Source: Lingula anatina
Lineage: Eukaryota; Animalia; Brachiopoda
Assembly (NCBI GenBank): GCA_051362555.1
Contig: CM120640.1
Coordinates: forward strand, 46,540,788 to 46,604,787
DNA length: 64,000 bases
Reading direction: 5' to 3'
Both the position numbers and the translations under genes were made by a program. Positions 48,201 through 61,060 of the stretch are shown piece by piece. The notes below the pieces were generated by a model, which did no database searches, was not told the DNA's origin, and worked only from the letters and a program-made list of their open reading frames with translations. Each line of letters starts with the position of its first letter. Within the stretch, counting starts at the first letter, position 1.

Positions 48201-49522
48201 TGAAAGCAGCGTAAACGTAGTTGAATGTAAGCTGGTTCAAAGTCACTAGATGCAACTTCCCTTTCGCAGCCTTCGACGAAAACCATTATACTCACCTTGA
48301 AATCTCTTGAATATCATACCCTGCATCTATATCGGACCTTTTCACTGCTACGGATGCCCCGAGTAGTAGGTTATTGCTTTGGAATGCTTGCTTTAATTCC
48401 TTTAAACCAAAGTTCGGTAGAAGTTAGCATGCCGGCATTACTTATTCATATCTCAATCTCAAACTATTACATTTTGATTGTCTTCATTCCTCTAAGTTTG
48501 GCGTGAATATGAAAATTGAGCACTGATGGCTATGCTACTTGACAAGAATACTAATGCTGAGTGACAGTAGTGCAAGTTTGGGCTGAAAAACGTAGGTTGG
48601 CCTTGAAATGGAGTGTGCTTGAAATAAATGTGCGATTCGCGAAACTGCACCGAAGTAATTAGTCAGCAGTTTGTTTGGTTGTTTAGCTCATCTTTAGATG
48701 CACAGTTTGTGTATACTCATGAAAACGGCGGAGTCTTTTTGTGAAAGTGCAAGAAGGAACTGATAATGCAATATACTTATCTTTGTCCAGGGCAATTTAT
48801 GTCGTTTACAAACTATTAAATCCCATAAAATATCTAAATGTCTACTTGCAGCTATAGCTGTATATATATATCTATCCAAATGTCTACTTGCAGCTATAGC
48901 TGTATATATATATCTATCCTACCCTTTCTAAAGAAATTAACTGTGAAAGTGTACCCCCTCCCAATAGCTATGCATCTTTGTCTCGTGCTAATACATAATC
49001 TTATCTAACATCAATGCAAATAATATCTGTCAAGGACAACAATGACAAATCCAAACTGTAGTATTCCTTTGTTATGGTATTTTTACACCCTTAATGTCGA
49101 TTTATTACTGACTCTAATTTTCTGGTCCATATTTCCCATTGTGAATTATTAATGAAGGCTGCATAATCCTTCTTTTTTTTCAGTTACTATTAGCACTTCC
49201 ATACATGGGAATTATATAAAGAACTCAACAATGGTTTTCTTTTCTGGTACCCTCCCCTTCCTTCTTATTTATTATTCTGGATTCTTATCAGTACAATATA
49301 CCTACAGTCCATCACAAGGTATTTTAAAATAAGGGATAAGTGTTAATTTACTAATATTATGCTTATGAGAATATTTGAGAATATTCAGTGCTCCTCATAA
49401 CGTTCAAGTATTTCCAAACGCTTAACAAAACGAAATAAAAGATGGCAATCTGAATCTGAACTACGTTCAATTATAGGAAATAAACTCATGGGGTCAACTC
49501 TTCAAATCAACTTAGTAGGTAT

Positions 49523-49569
<47 letters not shown>

Positions 49570-52500
49570 AAAATAAATAAATAAAAATAAAAAATAAATA
49601 AAATAAAATAATTTAAAAAAAAAACATATCATAGGTTGACAGAACTCACCCTTATAAGTGCAGCATGGTTTGCTTTATTTCTAGGGAAACTCCAATCCAC
49701 GCTCAGCCCATCGAACCCACGGTCCTGCAAATACGTGACCGCGTCCGATATGAAGCTTCGTCTGGACGCAGCCGAACTAGAGATTGACCGAAATGGGGCA
49801 TCACCAAGGCCGCTCCCTCCAACAGCTAATAACGTCTTCAGGTTGGAGTTCGTCTGTTTCAACTCGTTAAACTGCTGGTACATACCTGTTCAGGAACAAT
49901 GATAAGTGTAAATGAACATGGAGGTGTGTTGCAGCAAAACATTCGAAATCAAAATGTATATCTTTAAAGGCAATGACGGCAATTGAACTAATTATGATAC
50001 TTATCCTTTTATTTCTAATGACAATTCATTCAAAACTATGTTTCCAAACGTGTTCAGTTTTGAATTACGTGTGGTCCCTCTTATGAGACACATACACAAT
50101 TTCAAGGTTATTTTTACAACTTTTGTAAATGTTTTTTTCAAATGTTTTAAACATGTATTTAAAGTATTTCAGTGCTAATCAATAATAAAAAATTATTTAT
50201 TTCGATACAGAAATAATCTCCTTCATAACTTTATATGAATTCGACCAAGGGGAATATCCAAATGCACCTGTCTATAATACATTCTTGTTGAAATGTGTAT
50301 CATTATGCCACGCGCCCTACACAACCATCGCATGATCATCTCCATGTTATTATCTTGAGCACATCATTGTCGTAATCAGTGTTCCTTTCATAAATAATCT
50401 AAATTGGTTTGGCAAAATTGCGTTTTTAAAGAGTTGGTTACAAAGGCCCATTCGAAGGTACATAACACACTTAACCCAGCTACATATGCATTTTTGGTAG
50501 TTAGTGAAACCATTCCTCAGTTTTGACAATGTTACAAAAAAAAAATGATCAAAATAACGTCATCAGACAAAATAACAAACAAACTGTTCAGAATCAAAAT
50601 TTTCTCATCAAATTAAAATTTAACATTTTCTCAAAAAGGCGGCTTTACAGTTCTTGAAATCATTACACGAAGCGTTTGCTGAGTTGACATTGACTTTATC
50701 TTTTCGATCAAGTCTAACCTTCATTACTTGTAAGTCACATTGTTCTCTCCTCGTTTATGACTGATTCGCTTGCTGAGAAATATAACACAGTAACTAAAGT
50801 AAAATCAAATTGAAGAACTTAATACTTAAGATACATATCAATTTATATATCTTTTAACGCTATGATTTTCGCCTCTTTATCTTAGTGGTTTTATCAATGC
50901 ATTTATCGCTTTCTCTTTTTATTGGGTTCATTAATCATTTGGATAGTTAGTATAGTAAGTCCGGTCCTGCATATAGTAATTTCATAAGATGAAGAACAAC
51001 GTTGATGATAATTTTAGGGGACTTGCCTTTGTTTGCAAGACACAGGGATAAGGAAAGACCTGCTCACCGTTCACCTCTTCTTAATAAGTGATTGGCCATT
51101 TATATTCATCATACATCTCTTACAATGCTATAGGTAACTATATCATGTATCACTACAAAATCAATATAATCAATTCTATGAGTGCAAATCGGCTACCGAC
51201 TACTAAATATATATCTTTCTCTGCTTATCAAATTTTTTATTGTTTTACCCCAGCTTAAACGTTGCGCAGATATACAGAGCTGAAGCTCGCATGATCCAAC
51301 CTGTAAAACGAATTGAGCCGGCGCTCATTGTGGGTAGAAATTAGCATCTGGGACAATCCTAATCTGCGGTCATCAGACTAGACTGAGAAACAAGAGGTTA
51401 TTGTTTTGTTACCTTTTCAGTCAAAATTTGATTGCCGCTGAAGTGAGGGTTAACACTGGGACAACTTCCACTTCAAGTCAATTTCCTTGCATATCTAACA
51501 TTCATCTGTTTTTTAAATCCTACATGTATGTACAAACCTTTTCTCAGCTTAAGGTATAGCAAATCTGATGAATAATATAAATGAAAAATGGGCGGGGCGG
51601 AAGCTGGAGCACTCAACTCACTGCAAAGAGTGCACAATATTCTCAATATAGCTCAATGTCCGAGAGGAAAATATAAGGCGGGATAGTGTATATCCAAAGC
51701 ACCAAGAACCTCTTTCAGGTGGGCTCCTAGTAGCTTGCAGTTCCTGATCGAACTCGGTTGGGTCAGCTTACAAATGGATGGTTAAATACATGACTAATGA
51801 ATTGTCCTTAATTAACGACGTGTGTCACGTATGAAAGTTAAACAGCAACAAGTGATTTACAATGCTTCATTGTTAGCCAAATGTAATACCTCACTAAAGC
51901 TCATGTGCTTCCGTGATAAGATAAAGATGAAATAGTGAACCTTTCAAGTGAATCATCATATATTGTCTTTGTTTTAAAAACATTTCTAAAACCCAAATTA
52001 GATACGGCCAATGCACGGCAAAATTTATTGGGCACCTTAGCTATGTATTTTGGTAGTTTTGCATTTAGATCGACGGTCATAATTTTAAAATAAATGAGTT
52101 GATTCTGGTCAAAGAGTTGATTTTAAAATAAAAAAACACATACCGGGGTTGTCTCCACTCGAGTCATCATTAAATGCAGTGGACGCTAGCCTCCCGTTCT
52201 CTATCGTAGCAAAGGCGTAGATGGCATGTGTACACAGACTACTGTCAATGTTACTGGGAACGAAGGTGGCAATGCCAGATCGGAATTGACTCCAGTTGGT
52301 ATAATAACACACTCTTTTAAAGTCTGTACCGGCTGCAGGAGCTGGAAAATGATAAAATAAGTAAAACAGATAGGATGTTATTCTCATGTATTTATAAATT
52401 GTATGAAACGGGACGTTTTTAATTGATATTTCCATTTATTTTTGTTTTGAATGAGAAAAACAAAGAGAGGACATGGAGGGTGGCACAAAATAATGTAAAT

Positions 52501-53077
52501 ACCATATACGTATATACACTGTGCATGTAGCCGTTTAGATGGATTGTTATTTCTTACACACAGGTACATGTAGCAAACATCCATACAGTCCAATAGTCAA
52601 GCTTACTATGTGAATAAAACACGAGGCCTATGTATAGATGCACATACATTGGCGGATGTGAACTCGCCCATTCAAATTTAAAATGAAAAAGAGGAAAACA
52701 CCAGCCGCTGTCCCCCAACTAAAGAGGAAAATCAAACCTTGGGGCTCAGAGAAACAATGTCACTGTGCTATGTACCGTTAAGTGCCCCAGAGCGCCTAAT
52801 TTTTCCAAAATACTTTGAAGTATTAAACAAATTTTAACTTCTACAAAGAGACTATTGGAATATCTAAGCTTTATTTTCAAATTCAATTTTTATTCAATAA
52901 AATATTGTAAGTGATAAACAAGGCTCCTTTTTAATATTCTCGATCCGCAAATTTTGGTACTTTAGCAACGTTCTTAAACAATGTTCATTCACTTAATGAA
53001 GAAAACTTACCACTGTCGGTACGGTAAGATATACAGCCTAGCAAAACTGCCAGTAATAAACTATAACGTAGAGTCAT
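40886..53077 (-). CDS. Secreted chitinase C (paralog of B): signal peptide + degenerate GH18 + intact GH18 + Thr-rich tail (~1088 aa if it stops at 40886; ~2935 aa if spliced to the CBM14 array)
   Basis: Exons: 53077-53011 ([22 protein letters not shown]), 52341-52144, 49885-49650 ([11 protein letters not shown]), 48399-48296, 47861-47738, 47335-47153, 46960-46832, 46549-46006, 45791-45659, 44214-44079 ([11 protein letters not shown]), 43880-43756 (GC donor), 43427-43301, 43023-42838, 42293-42171, 41737-40886 (TAG) or 41737-41458. All are in frame, and exon sizes mirror gene B (104/104, 124/124, 125/125, 186/186). Confidence 0.92.
41816..41888 (+). tRNA. tRNA-Thr-TGT: tRNA-Thr(TGT), variant copy with an altered T-loop/B-box (possible pseudogene)
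   Basis: GCCTCTATAGCTCAGTGGTTAGAGCACTGGTCTTGTAAACCAGGGGTTGTGAGTTTGATCCTCACTAGGGGCT, 73 nt. Anticodon arm CTGGT-CTTGTAA-ACCAG. T-loop TTTGATC instead of TTCGATC. Lies in intron 42170-41738 of chitinase C, on the opposite strand. Confidence 0.85.
44457..44529 (+). tRNA. tRNA-Thr-TGT: tRNA-Thr(TGT)
   Basis: 73-nt cloverleaf with acceptor stem GCCTCTA/TAGGGGC, A-box TAGCTCAGTGG, B-box GTTCGATCC and anticodon TGT. T5 Pol III terminator at 44539-44543. Confidence 0.96.
45032..45075 (-). pseudogene. Degenerate duplicate of the 5' edge of catalytic exon 44214-44079
   Basis: Ungapped match of 32/44 to 44179-44222, with the acceptor AG mutated to GG. The similarity continues into flanking intron sequence (45081-45180 vs 44224-44325) towards the tRNA. 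Confidence 0.65.
45317..45389 (+). tRNA. tRNA-Thr-TGT: tRNA-Thr(TGT)
   Basis: 73-nt cloverleaf with acceptor stem GCCTCTA/TGGAGGC, B-box GTTCAATCC and anticodon TGT, followed directly by TATTTTCTTTT. Confidence 0.96.
48836..48919. repeat. Perfect 42-bp tandem duplication
   Basis: AAATGTCTACTTGCAGCTATAGCTGTATATATATATCTATCC twice; contains the palindrome CAGCTATAGCTG. Confidence 0.85.
49526..49564. repeat. (CA)n microsatellite followed by an A-rich tract
   Basis: Pure CA run in an intron of chitinase C. Confidence 0.95.
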
Positions 53078-53145
53078 CTGAAAAACAGTGAAAGACATTT
53101 TATGACTCATCTGAAAACACAAAACTATCAACACCTTGCCTCTAC

Positions 53146-53210
53146 CTGTATAGTAAATGGCATTCTTGCTTGTATCTGCATAATAAATACTACTTGGTAA
53201 AACTTATATA
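53146..53210 (-). promoter_or_regulatory. Putative TATA box and short non-coding first exon of chitinase C
   Basis: Minus-strand TATATAAG at 53210-53203 and a CAG|GTAGAG donor at 53146/53145, giving a 68-nt intron to the acceptor directly before ATG 53077. Confidence 0.4.
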
Positions 53211-54918
53211 AAAGATGAACTCGCAATCACAGATAAAATTGGGAGAACGTCTATATCCATATTTCTTACCATGACTGTATTTCACGCCGCGACTCGGCGC
53301 TCCAACGTCGACTTCTTTCCGGCTTCGCGTTACTTGTTGATGTGAAGTTCTCGAAATCTCACAAGCTCCCTTAAACAATAAGGTTATTCCACTCGAGAGA
53401 GAGAGTGTGTGTATTTAAAAGTTATACGTCACGAAATAACAATCCTTCACTGTCATCAACCGGCGAAATATTCATTAGTCTTCACAATAGAGCACGCACC
53501 ACACACGCCGTAGAGTCAGAGTTAAACTTAACAAGCTGGAGATACCGATACAAACACTCCTATGTAATGACAACCGTCATGCTAGTTGGTCGCATGGTAA
53601 GAAGAGAGTATCTTCTTGTCAGATAGTTAATATCAGCACGGTTCATCAGTAATTTGAGGGAAATGCAAAGATAAACATTTTCTCACTATTAAGCCTTCAC
53701 GAAACACCTATCGGACAAAGGACGGATAATGTGTTTAAAGAACAAGTGAATCAATTAGTAGTATGCTTTAATTAAATCTTGCCCTTCCCTTCATTATTTC
53801 CCCAAATACTGCGAGCAGTCCAGTGTGTTCGTCCCAAGATGGGAAAGTGGCTTCCTTTACATTGTACGTGCTTTAATTTGTCAGGGAGCAAAATATATAA
53901 GTGACAAGGCTGGCTATTTTCTTCAAGCAGATGCCCTCCGTCAGGTGACGGTTTAGACATAATACAGACTATTTGGTATAAAGCATAGAGAAAGTAATTG
54001 TAAGGCGTAGAACTGCATATGTAAAAGCAAAATGACGTGTTTTAATACAAACATAAGAGCATGGCGCATTTTGTAAGTGTGTTTTATGTAGCCCGACGTA
54101 ACAGGAATGGACGTCGGCTAGAAACTGTAGACCGTTCCCCTTAACTTTGCACAGGTGACATCCGGCCCGTATAGGCTACTAACCCCTGTACTCCGACTAA
54201 ACCTAGCCTGTACTAGTCATAAGGGAGCCCGGACTTCCATTCCTAGGACTACCATTCTTTCACATGTGGCTTGTCACGAACATCACCTTATCACTTTTTT
54301 CTCAGTATTAGAAAACAAATATTGTTCTCAAGAATCGAGATAAGTTCCTCTATTTATTTAAAACGATTGAAAATACATAAATACAGGTAGACAGCATGAT
54401 GGAAAACACTCCAGCTTTTTTTTTTTCGAAAGAATATTCTACCTTTATTTTAAAGTACAATAATTCTTCTCAGAAACTTGAAATTTATTTACTTCAAAAA
54501 GCAGGGCTCTACCTGATGTAACAGAATGCAATAATAAACCAAGCATGGAGAAGAAATCCAAAATTTTCAAAAGGCCCGTTCAATTATTTATTAGATAACC
54601 AATGAAACTTTATTTAAAACTTTATTCAACTTAATTCAACTTTATGCAGATGATAGAATTAGAAGTACCACATACTGCCGCTGCATGCACTGCACGCTCC
54701 CTGGGGAGTAGAAGAATCCCCCTCCCCCCCCCCCCCCCAAAAAAAAAAAAATAAAAAAAATAAATAAATAAAAAAGTTTCATCATAGTGTACAAAACATC
54801 ACTCCAACGCGACGGAGGCCAACACAAAAGAAACATTAATCAGGATTTTGACAAGTATTCACACTGCATATTTAAAAGCATAACAACTCTTCTTATGAGA
54901 TTCACACTGCATATTTAA

Positions 54919-55182
54919 AAGCATAACAACTCTTCATATGAGATTCAAAATTCCACAATAAATATTTTATAAACAGCATATAGAAATATAATAGATGCCA
55001 TTTTACCACCAAAACAGCGGTTATCGCAATTATTCTGAAAACTATGCTTACCACGTGGGCTTTCAAAGATGGCTACACTCTCTTAGGGAAATTATTTTTA
55101 AAATAATGGGATGGATCAATTTGCCATTGGTTTATCCCAGGAAAATAGTTCTGGCACTTTTCTCGCCAAAATAGTTATCCCT
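54919..55182 (-). mobile_element. Diverged, inverted second copy of the Kolobok-like element
   Basis: Its reverse complement shares ordered blocks with 24357-24695: AGGGATAA, TTTTCCTGG, TAGCCATC, CACGTGG, TCAGAATAAT, GTGGTAAAA, TATTATATTTCTAT, ATCTCATA(C/T)GAAGAGTT. One end is duplicated as a 44-bp tandem (54857-54944). Confidence 0.6.
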
Positions 55183-55878
55183 TCAATCCCCCCATTTTAA
55201 TTTTGAAGGTTTAAAGTTTTGAACGTAAAATATCTAAATTAAAACAATAGAACCACTATGTAACGTACGTGACCACGTGAGTATACACAAACAAACACAC
55301 AAAAAAACAAGGCAGCAAAGCTGTCAAATGTACAGACAAAAAACAGAAAATAAAGATGCAAAAAAGGTCATTTTGTTAATTTTGATGCAATAATAAATAA
55401 TGCTTATAATAGCACTATCAGTCAACACTGAATTTTATAATCTTGCACAACAGGTAAAATGGTCAATAACATGAGCGGACCCAGAGATATTCTCTGACAG
55501 TATTCCAAAGTATCTATTTTGATCCATCCTCCATTTTGATGGTCTTCCAACAGAAGAAAAAATAGATACCAGGCAATATAAACTTAATAACCTGACTGTC
55601 TTCCGGAAGTCCCAGAAGATGGTCTCAATCTACCCTTTCAATAAGATTACAGTTTCAGGACCATGAGAGTTCAAATTCACATGATGTAAGTCTCAATATT
55701 TGAAAAATGATGACAGTGCATAAAATAATATTACATAAGTAACATAATGTTTAAAGACATAAAAAACAATACAACTGCTTATGTGGAAATACAGAAATGT
55801 CAGAGTCTCAGGCGGATGAGAGTTAAAAGTCACAAATGCAAGTGTTTGAGAAAAAATTATAAAGGAAAACATAACAAA

Positions 55879-56062
55879 ACTAGAAAAGCACTCCGAGAGT
55901 GCAGACCTCTGCCAAGGTAGCAATTGTTGATTATTATTGATTTTTGTCCTCTTTGGCCCACTTCTGACAGTTCCTGAAAATTTCAGCAAAATCGGTCCAT
56001 AACTTTTTGAGTTATGTTGATGACAAACAGGGGTGAAAATATAACCTCCTTGGCAGAGGTAA
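55879..56062 (+). mobile_element. Short Helentron-associated (HINE/DINE-like) non-autonomous element
   Basis: Starts ACTAG followed by hairpin GCACTC-CGA-GAGTGC. Subterminal inverted repeat ACCTCTGCCAAGG (55905-55917) / CCTTGGCAGAGGT (56048-56060), 3' hairpin ACCTC...GAGGT, A-rich flanks. Confidence 0.7.
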
Positions 56063-56108
56063 ATATAATTCCAATGAAGCTGCTATTCAAACGTTTAATC
56101 TTTCAGTT

Positions 56109-56110
<2 letters not shown>

Positions 56111-56157
<47 letters not shown>
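56111..56157. repeat. (AT)n microsatellite
   Basis: Uninterrupted AT dinucleotide run. Confidence 0.95.
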
Positions 56158-56161
<4 letters not shown>

Positions 56162-58659
56162 TTATTTGCAATATTAAACAAAATTTACCTGCATAATTAT
56201 CACTGCTTCCTTATTATTAATCTAGCAGAGAGCTTAACCTATGGGAGTTTACAGGGAAATATCAACAAGTGTGCTTTATGTAATCTCAAATCACAAGTGT
56301 GCTTTATGTAGCCTATCAATTAGGCAAATTACTTTATAACTGAAATTAGCGAAGTGATACCCAAGGGAAATTTACAGACTGACCCTCTCAAAGTTCTTTC
56401 AGGCCCATAAGTCACAACTTAAGAAGAGCACAAAACAATAATGCACAAAATAGGAGACTACCACTTCTGATGCAATAATACATTATGTTTAACTGCACAG
56501 TCAACATCAAATTTTAATTTTGCACAACAGGTAACACCGACGAAAGTAAAAGCATAAGGCTTCAGGCCCATCAGAGTTAAAGTTTATACTTAGAAAGTGC
56601 CAGAATGAGAAAAATGAAATTTCACACAAAATTGCATTAAATTCAATAATAAATGATAACCCAATTGACCTGGCTTTCTAATTTGAACTGCATGCCAATC
56701 CTAAAAATCATACTCGTAAGTTAAATATAATAATAAATAACACAGTTTTCTTTTCATAATGTTTGCAGTAGCAGTGCAAAAAGATTATTGTCAATTTTGA
56801 TGTAACATTACATAATAAATTATAGAATAATTATCACCAATTTTTGATTATTGACTATAAATAGCATGAACATGTAGAAAATTTGATTACCATCCGGCTT
56901 CATGTCCATGGGAGCTCCGAGTCCCACAATGAATATGCCAAAAAGATAATGAATATTTCACTAAAATGTATAACTTCCAGAAAAAGAAGCCCATTTGACT
57001 GCTTTTCCAACTTGGGCTGCATTTTAGTCCTGTGTTTCTTTTTTGAAAGTTTGACAATCATAAGTAACACGGTTTTCCCATCATGGTCATCATGGCAGAT
57101 GTGGATGATTGAATCTGACAAACTGCAATGATATGAGTTTATTTCCGTTTTGGACACTTGATTACATAATACATGATAACTAGTTTACCATCATTTTTAC
57201 ATAATCAACTAACAATGTTGTAAAGATGCAGGAAATATCAAACAAACACTTTTATGTATCTTATTAGTTCAATAATGAGACTGTTAACATGCCTAAGAAT
57301 TGAATCTGAGGAAATTTGAAAAAACAGTACAACTTCTAAAATAATGGCCCGATAACGCTGATTTTCGAACTCAACCTGCATTTTTGTAAGATTGACCACT
57401 CCTGTGAGTATAATGACAATTGGCTAAGCTGTTTTTCTTATATTGTGTTATTAATGTTACATATATGTTGAAAAAAGTGAAAAAACAGCATAAAAAATTA
57501 AAAGAAAATGTAAAATAAAACATAACAAAAAATACCAATAAAGCTGCTATTCAAACTTTTAATCTAGCTGTACAATTACTAACATGATATGAATAACCCT
57601 ATTGAGTTTGAGAATAATAAGGCACTGTTATTCATCTTTGGCATTAATGTAAGCGTTACACAAAATTTTTTTGTAAACTTATTTTCCATATTAAATAACA
57701 TTTACCTGCATAATAATCATCGGTTCCTAATTATGTGACAGAAAAAGAAAGCTAAACCGATGGGACTTTACAATGAAATCTCAATGTGTGTTTATGTAAT
57801 CTCATTTAATACCCACTTGAAAATTAATTAAGCAAATTATTTTATAACCCTGAAATAACTTGAAAATCAATTAAGCAAATTATTTTATAACCCTGAATTA
57901 ACTGCCTACTATCCATATACATTTATTGCACCAATTAGCACTGTACTGCATTGCTTTCAAAACAGAAAACAATTACGATGGTTTTCCAACACAAGCTGCA
58001 CTTCAGTCTTTTCAGTAAGGTTGATTATCATAAGTAACATGGTTTTCCCTTAATCGCTATCCTGGCAGCAGTGTCCAAAATAGGGTTTTCTTTAACTTTC
58101 ATGCAATATAACATAATACTTAACAGCATAATGACCATCAAATTTTTTATAAAAAAATAAAAATATCATGGATATTCAGAAAATGTGATATGGAAAGGTC
58201 TCCAAGGACATGGAAGTTAGGGTCACACTTTCAAAATGCCAAAATGTTAACAAGAGATAACTGTACTGAAATGATTTTCTTTCCATTTTCAACACCTTTT
58301 TTACATAAAACCATCATCAATTAACTGTCATTTTTAAATGATCAACTAGGAAAATTGTTGACATAGGAAAAATATCAATAGAACAATTTATAATGTCCAA
58401 TTAGCTCCATTTGGAGATTCTGAACATAGTGAATGATTGAATCTGACGAACTGCAATGGTGAGTTCCTTTCCATTTTTGATACTTTATTACACAATGCAG
58501 GATAATAGGTTTACCGTCATTTTTATATAATCAACTAACAATATTGTTAAGAAGCAGAAAATGTTAAAACAACACTTTAACATATCCAATTAGTACCGTT
58601 ATGAGACTGTTAACATGCTTAAGAATTAAATCTGAAGAAAAACCACTTATATACAAAAA

Positions 58660-60100
58660 GGCTAATAACTTCATCAAAACTTAACTGATCAAGCTTATTT
58701 TCAAACTTGATCTGTATACTGGTCAGATTGATCACTCCTGTGAGTTGCAAGACAAAAGGCTGATTGGTTTTCCTTAAAATGCGTTATCAGTGTTGCATGT
58801 ATGCTGAATAAAGGGAAAAAAACAGCATTACTTTTGTAAAAATAGTCCAATCATGCCAATTTTCAAACTTGACCTGCGTATTATAAATATTCACCAGTTC
58901 TGTAAATTTCAATCCAAGGAAAGGAAAAACATTTTTACACTTATCATGTTATCGGTGTTATAAAAGTGCTGAAAAAATTGAAAAAAAAAAAAAACAAAAA
59001 AAAAACAGGATAACTTCCATAAAAATTGCCCGATCTTGCTGATTTTCAAACTTGACCTGCGTATTATGAATATTCATTAGTTCTGTAAGTTTCAAGCCAA
59101 ATGAAAAAACAGTTTTCCACTTATTGTGTTATCAGTGCTGCATATATGCTGAAAAAAGTGAAAAAACAGCATAAATTCCCTAACAATAATCGAATCATGC
59201 TGATTTTCGAACTTGACTTGCGTATTATGAATATTTATCAGTTCTGCAAGTTTCAAGCCAAAAGGTAAATTGGTTTTCCACTTATGGTGTTATCGGTGCT
59301 GCATATATGCTGAAAAAAAGTGAAAAAACAGCATAAATTCCCTAAAAATGACCCAATCATGCTGATTTTCGAACTTGACTTGTGTATTATGAATATTAAT
59401 CAGTTTTGTAAGTTTCAAGCCAAAAGGTAGAATGGTTTTCCACTTATCCTGTTATCGGGGTTGCATATATGCTGAAAAAAGTGAAAAAACAGCATAAATT
59501 CCCTAAAAATGACCCCATCATGCTGATTTTCGAACTTGACCTGCGTATTATGAATATTCATCAGTTCTGTAACTTTCAAGCCAAAAGGTAAAATGGTTTT
59601 TCACTTATCGTGTTATCGGTGCTGCATATATGCTGAAAAAAGTGAAAAAACAGCATAAATTCCCTACAAGTCACCCGATCATGCTGATTTTTGAACTTGA
59701 CCTGCATATTATGAATATTCATCAGTTCTGTAACTTTCAAGCCAAAAGGTAAAATGGTTTTTCACTAATCGTGTTATCGGTGCTGCATATATGCTGAAAA
59801 AAGTGAAAAAACAGCATAAATTCCCTAAAAGTAACCCGATCATGCTGATTTTCATCTTGACCTGCGTATTATGAATATTCATCAGTTCTGTAAGTTTCAA
59901 GTCAAAAGTAAAATGGTTTTCCACTTATTGTGTTATCAGTGCTGCATATATGCTGAAAAAAGTGAAAAAACAGCATAAATTCCCTAAAAGTGACCCGATC
60001 ATGCTAATTTTCGAACTTGACCTGCGTATTATGAATATTCATCAGTTCTGTAAGTTTCATACCAAAAGAAAAAACAGTTTTCCATTTATCGTGTTATCGG
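58660..60100. repeat. ~161-bp tandem satellite array (about 9 units)
   Basis: The marker CATATATGCTGAAAAAA recurs at 59141, 59302, 59464, 59625, 59786 and 59945. GATTTTCGAACTTGACC-type markers run from ~58695 to ~60006. Confidence 0.92.
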
Positions 60101-60599
60101 TAAAAGTGCATGGCGACGACGGCGACGACGACGACAGACGCAGATGACGGCTATATGTACAGACACATCTGTGTCTGTACATAAAAATGCCAAAATGTAA
60201 ACAAGACAGCACTGTCCTGAAATGGGTTTATTTCCATTTTTAACACTTTTTTAACATAAAACCAAATAAACATTTTACTGCCATTTTTATATGACCAACT
60301 AAGAAAATTGATGAGATGGGAAAAGTATCAATAGAACAGTGTTAAATGTCCAATTTCCTCCATTCTGAGATTCTGAACATAGTGGATGATTGAATCTGAC
60401 AAACTGCAATGATATGAGTTTATTTCCATTTTTGACACTTTATTACACAATACATGATAACAAGTTTACCATGTTTTTTTACATAATCAACTAACAATGT
60501 TGTAAAGATGCAGGAAATATCAAACAAACACTTTTACGCATCTAATTAGTTCAATAATGAGACTGTTAACATGCCTATTAATTGAATCTGAGGAAATGT

Positions 60600-61060
60600 G
60601 AAAAAACAGTATAACTTCTAAAATAAAGGCCCGATTATGCTGATTTTCGAACTCAACCTGCGTTTTAGTAAGATTGACCACTCCTGTGAATATAATGCCA
60701 ATTGGCCAATCCGTTTTTCTTATAATGTGTTATCAATGTTGCATTTATATTGAAAAGTGAAAAAACAGCATAAATTCCCTAAAAATGACCCGATCATGCT
60801 GATTTTCGAACTTGACCTGTGTATTATGAATATTAATCAGTTCTGTAACTTTCAAGCCAAAAGGTAAAATGGTTTTTCACTTATCGTGTTATCGGTGCTG
60901 CATATATGCTGAAAAAAGTGAAAAAACAGCATAAATTCCCTAAGAGTGACCCGATCATGCTGATTTTCGAACTTGACCTGCGTATTATGAATATTCATCA
61001 GTTCTGCAAGTTTCAAATCAAAAGGCAAAATGGTTTTCCACTTATCGTGTTATCGGTAAA
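60600..61060. repeat. Second array of the same ~161-bp repeat (3 units)
   Basis: GATTTTCGAACT markers at ~60642, 60801 and 60962. Confidence 0.9.

Noticed and set aside
58660-61060. Regular repeats considered as a CRISPR array or a coding repeat (ORFs 59709-59924, 59950-60147, 60906-61121)
   Set aside because: The monomers are contiguous ~161-bp units with no unique spacers, the context is eukaryotic and there are no cas genes. The ORFs are chance frames in satellite DNA.
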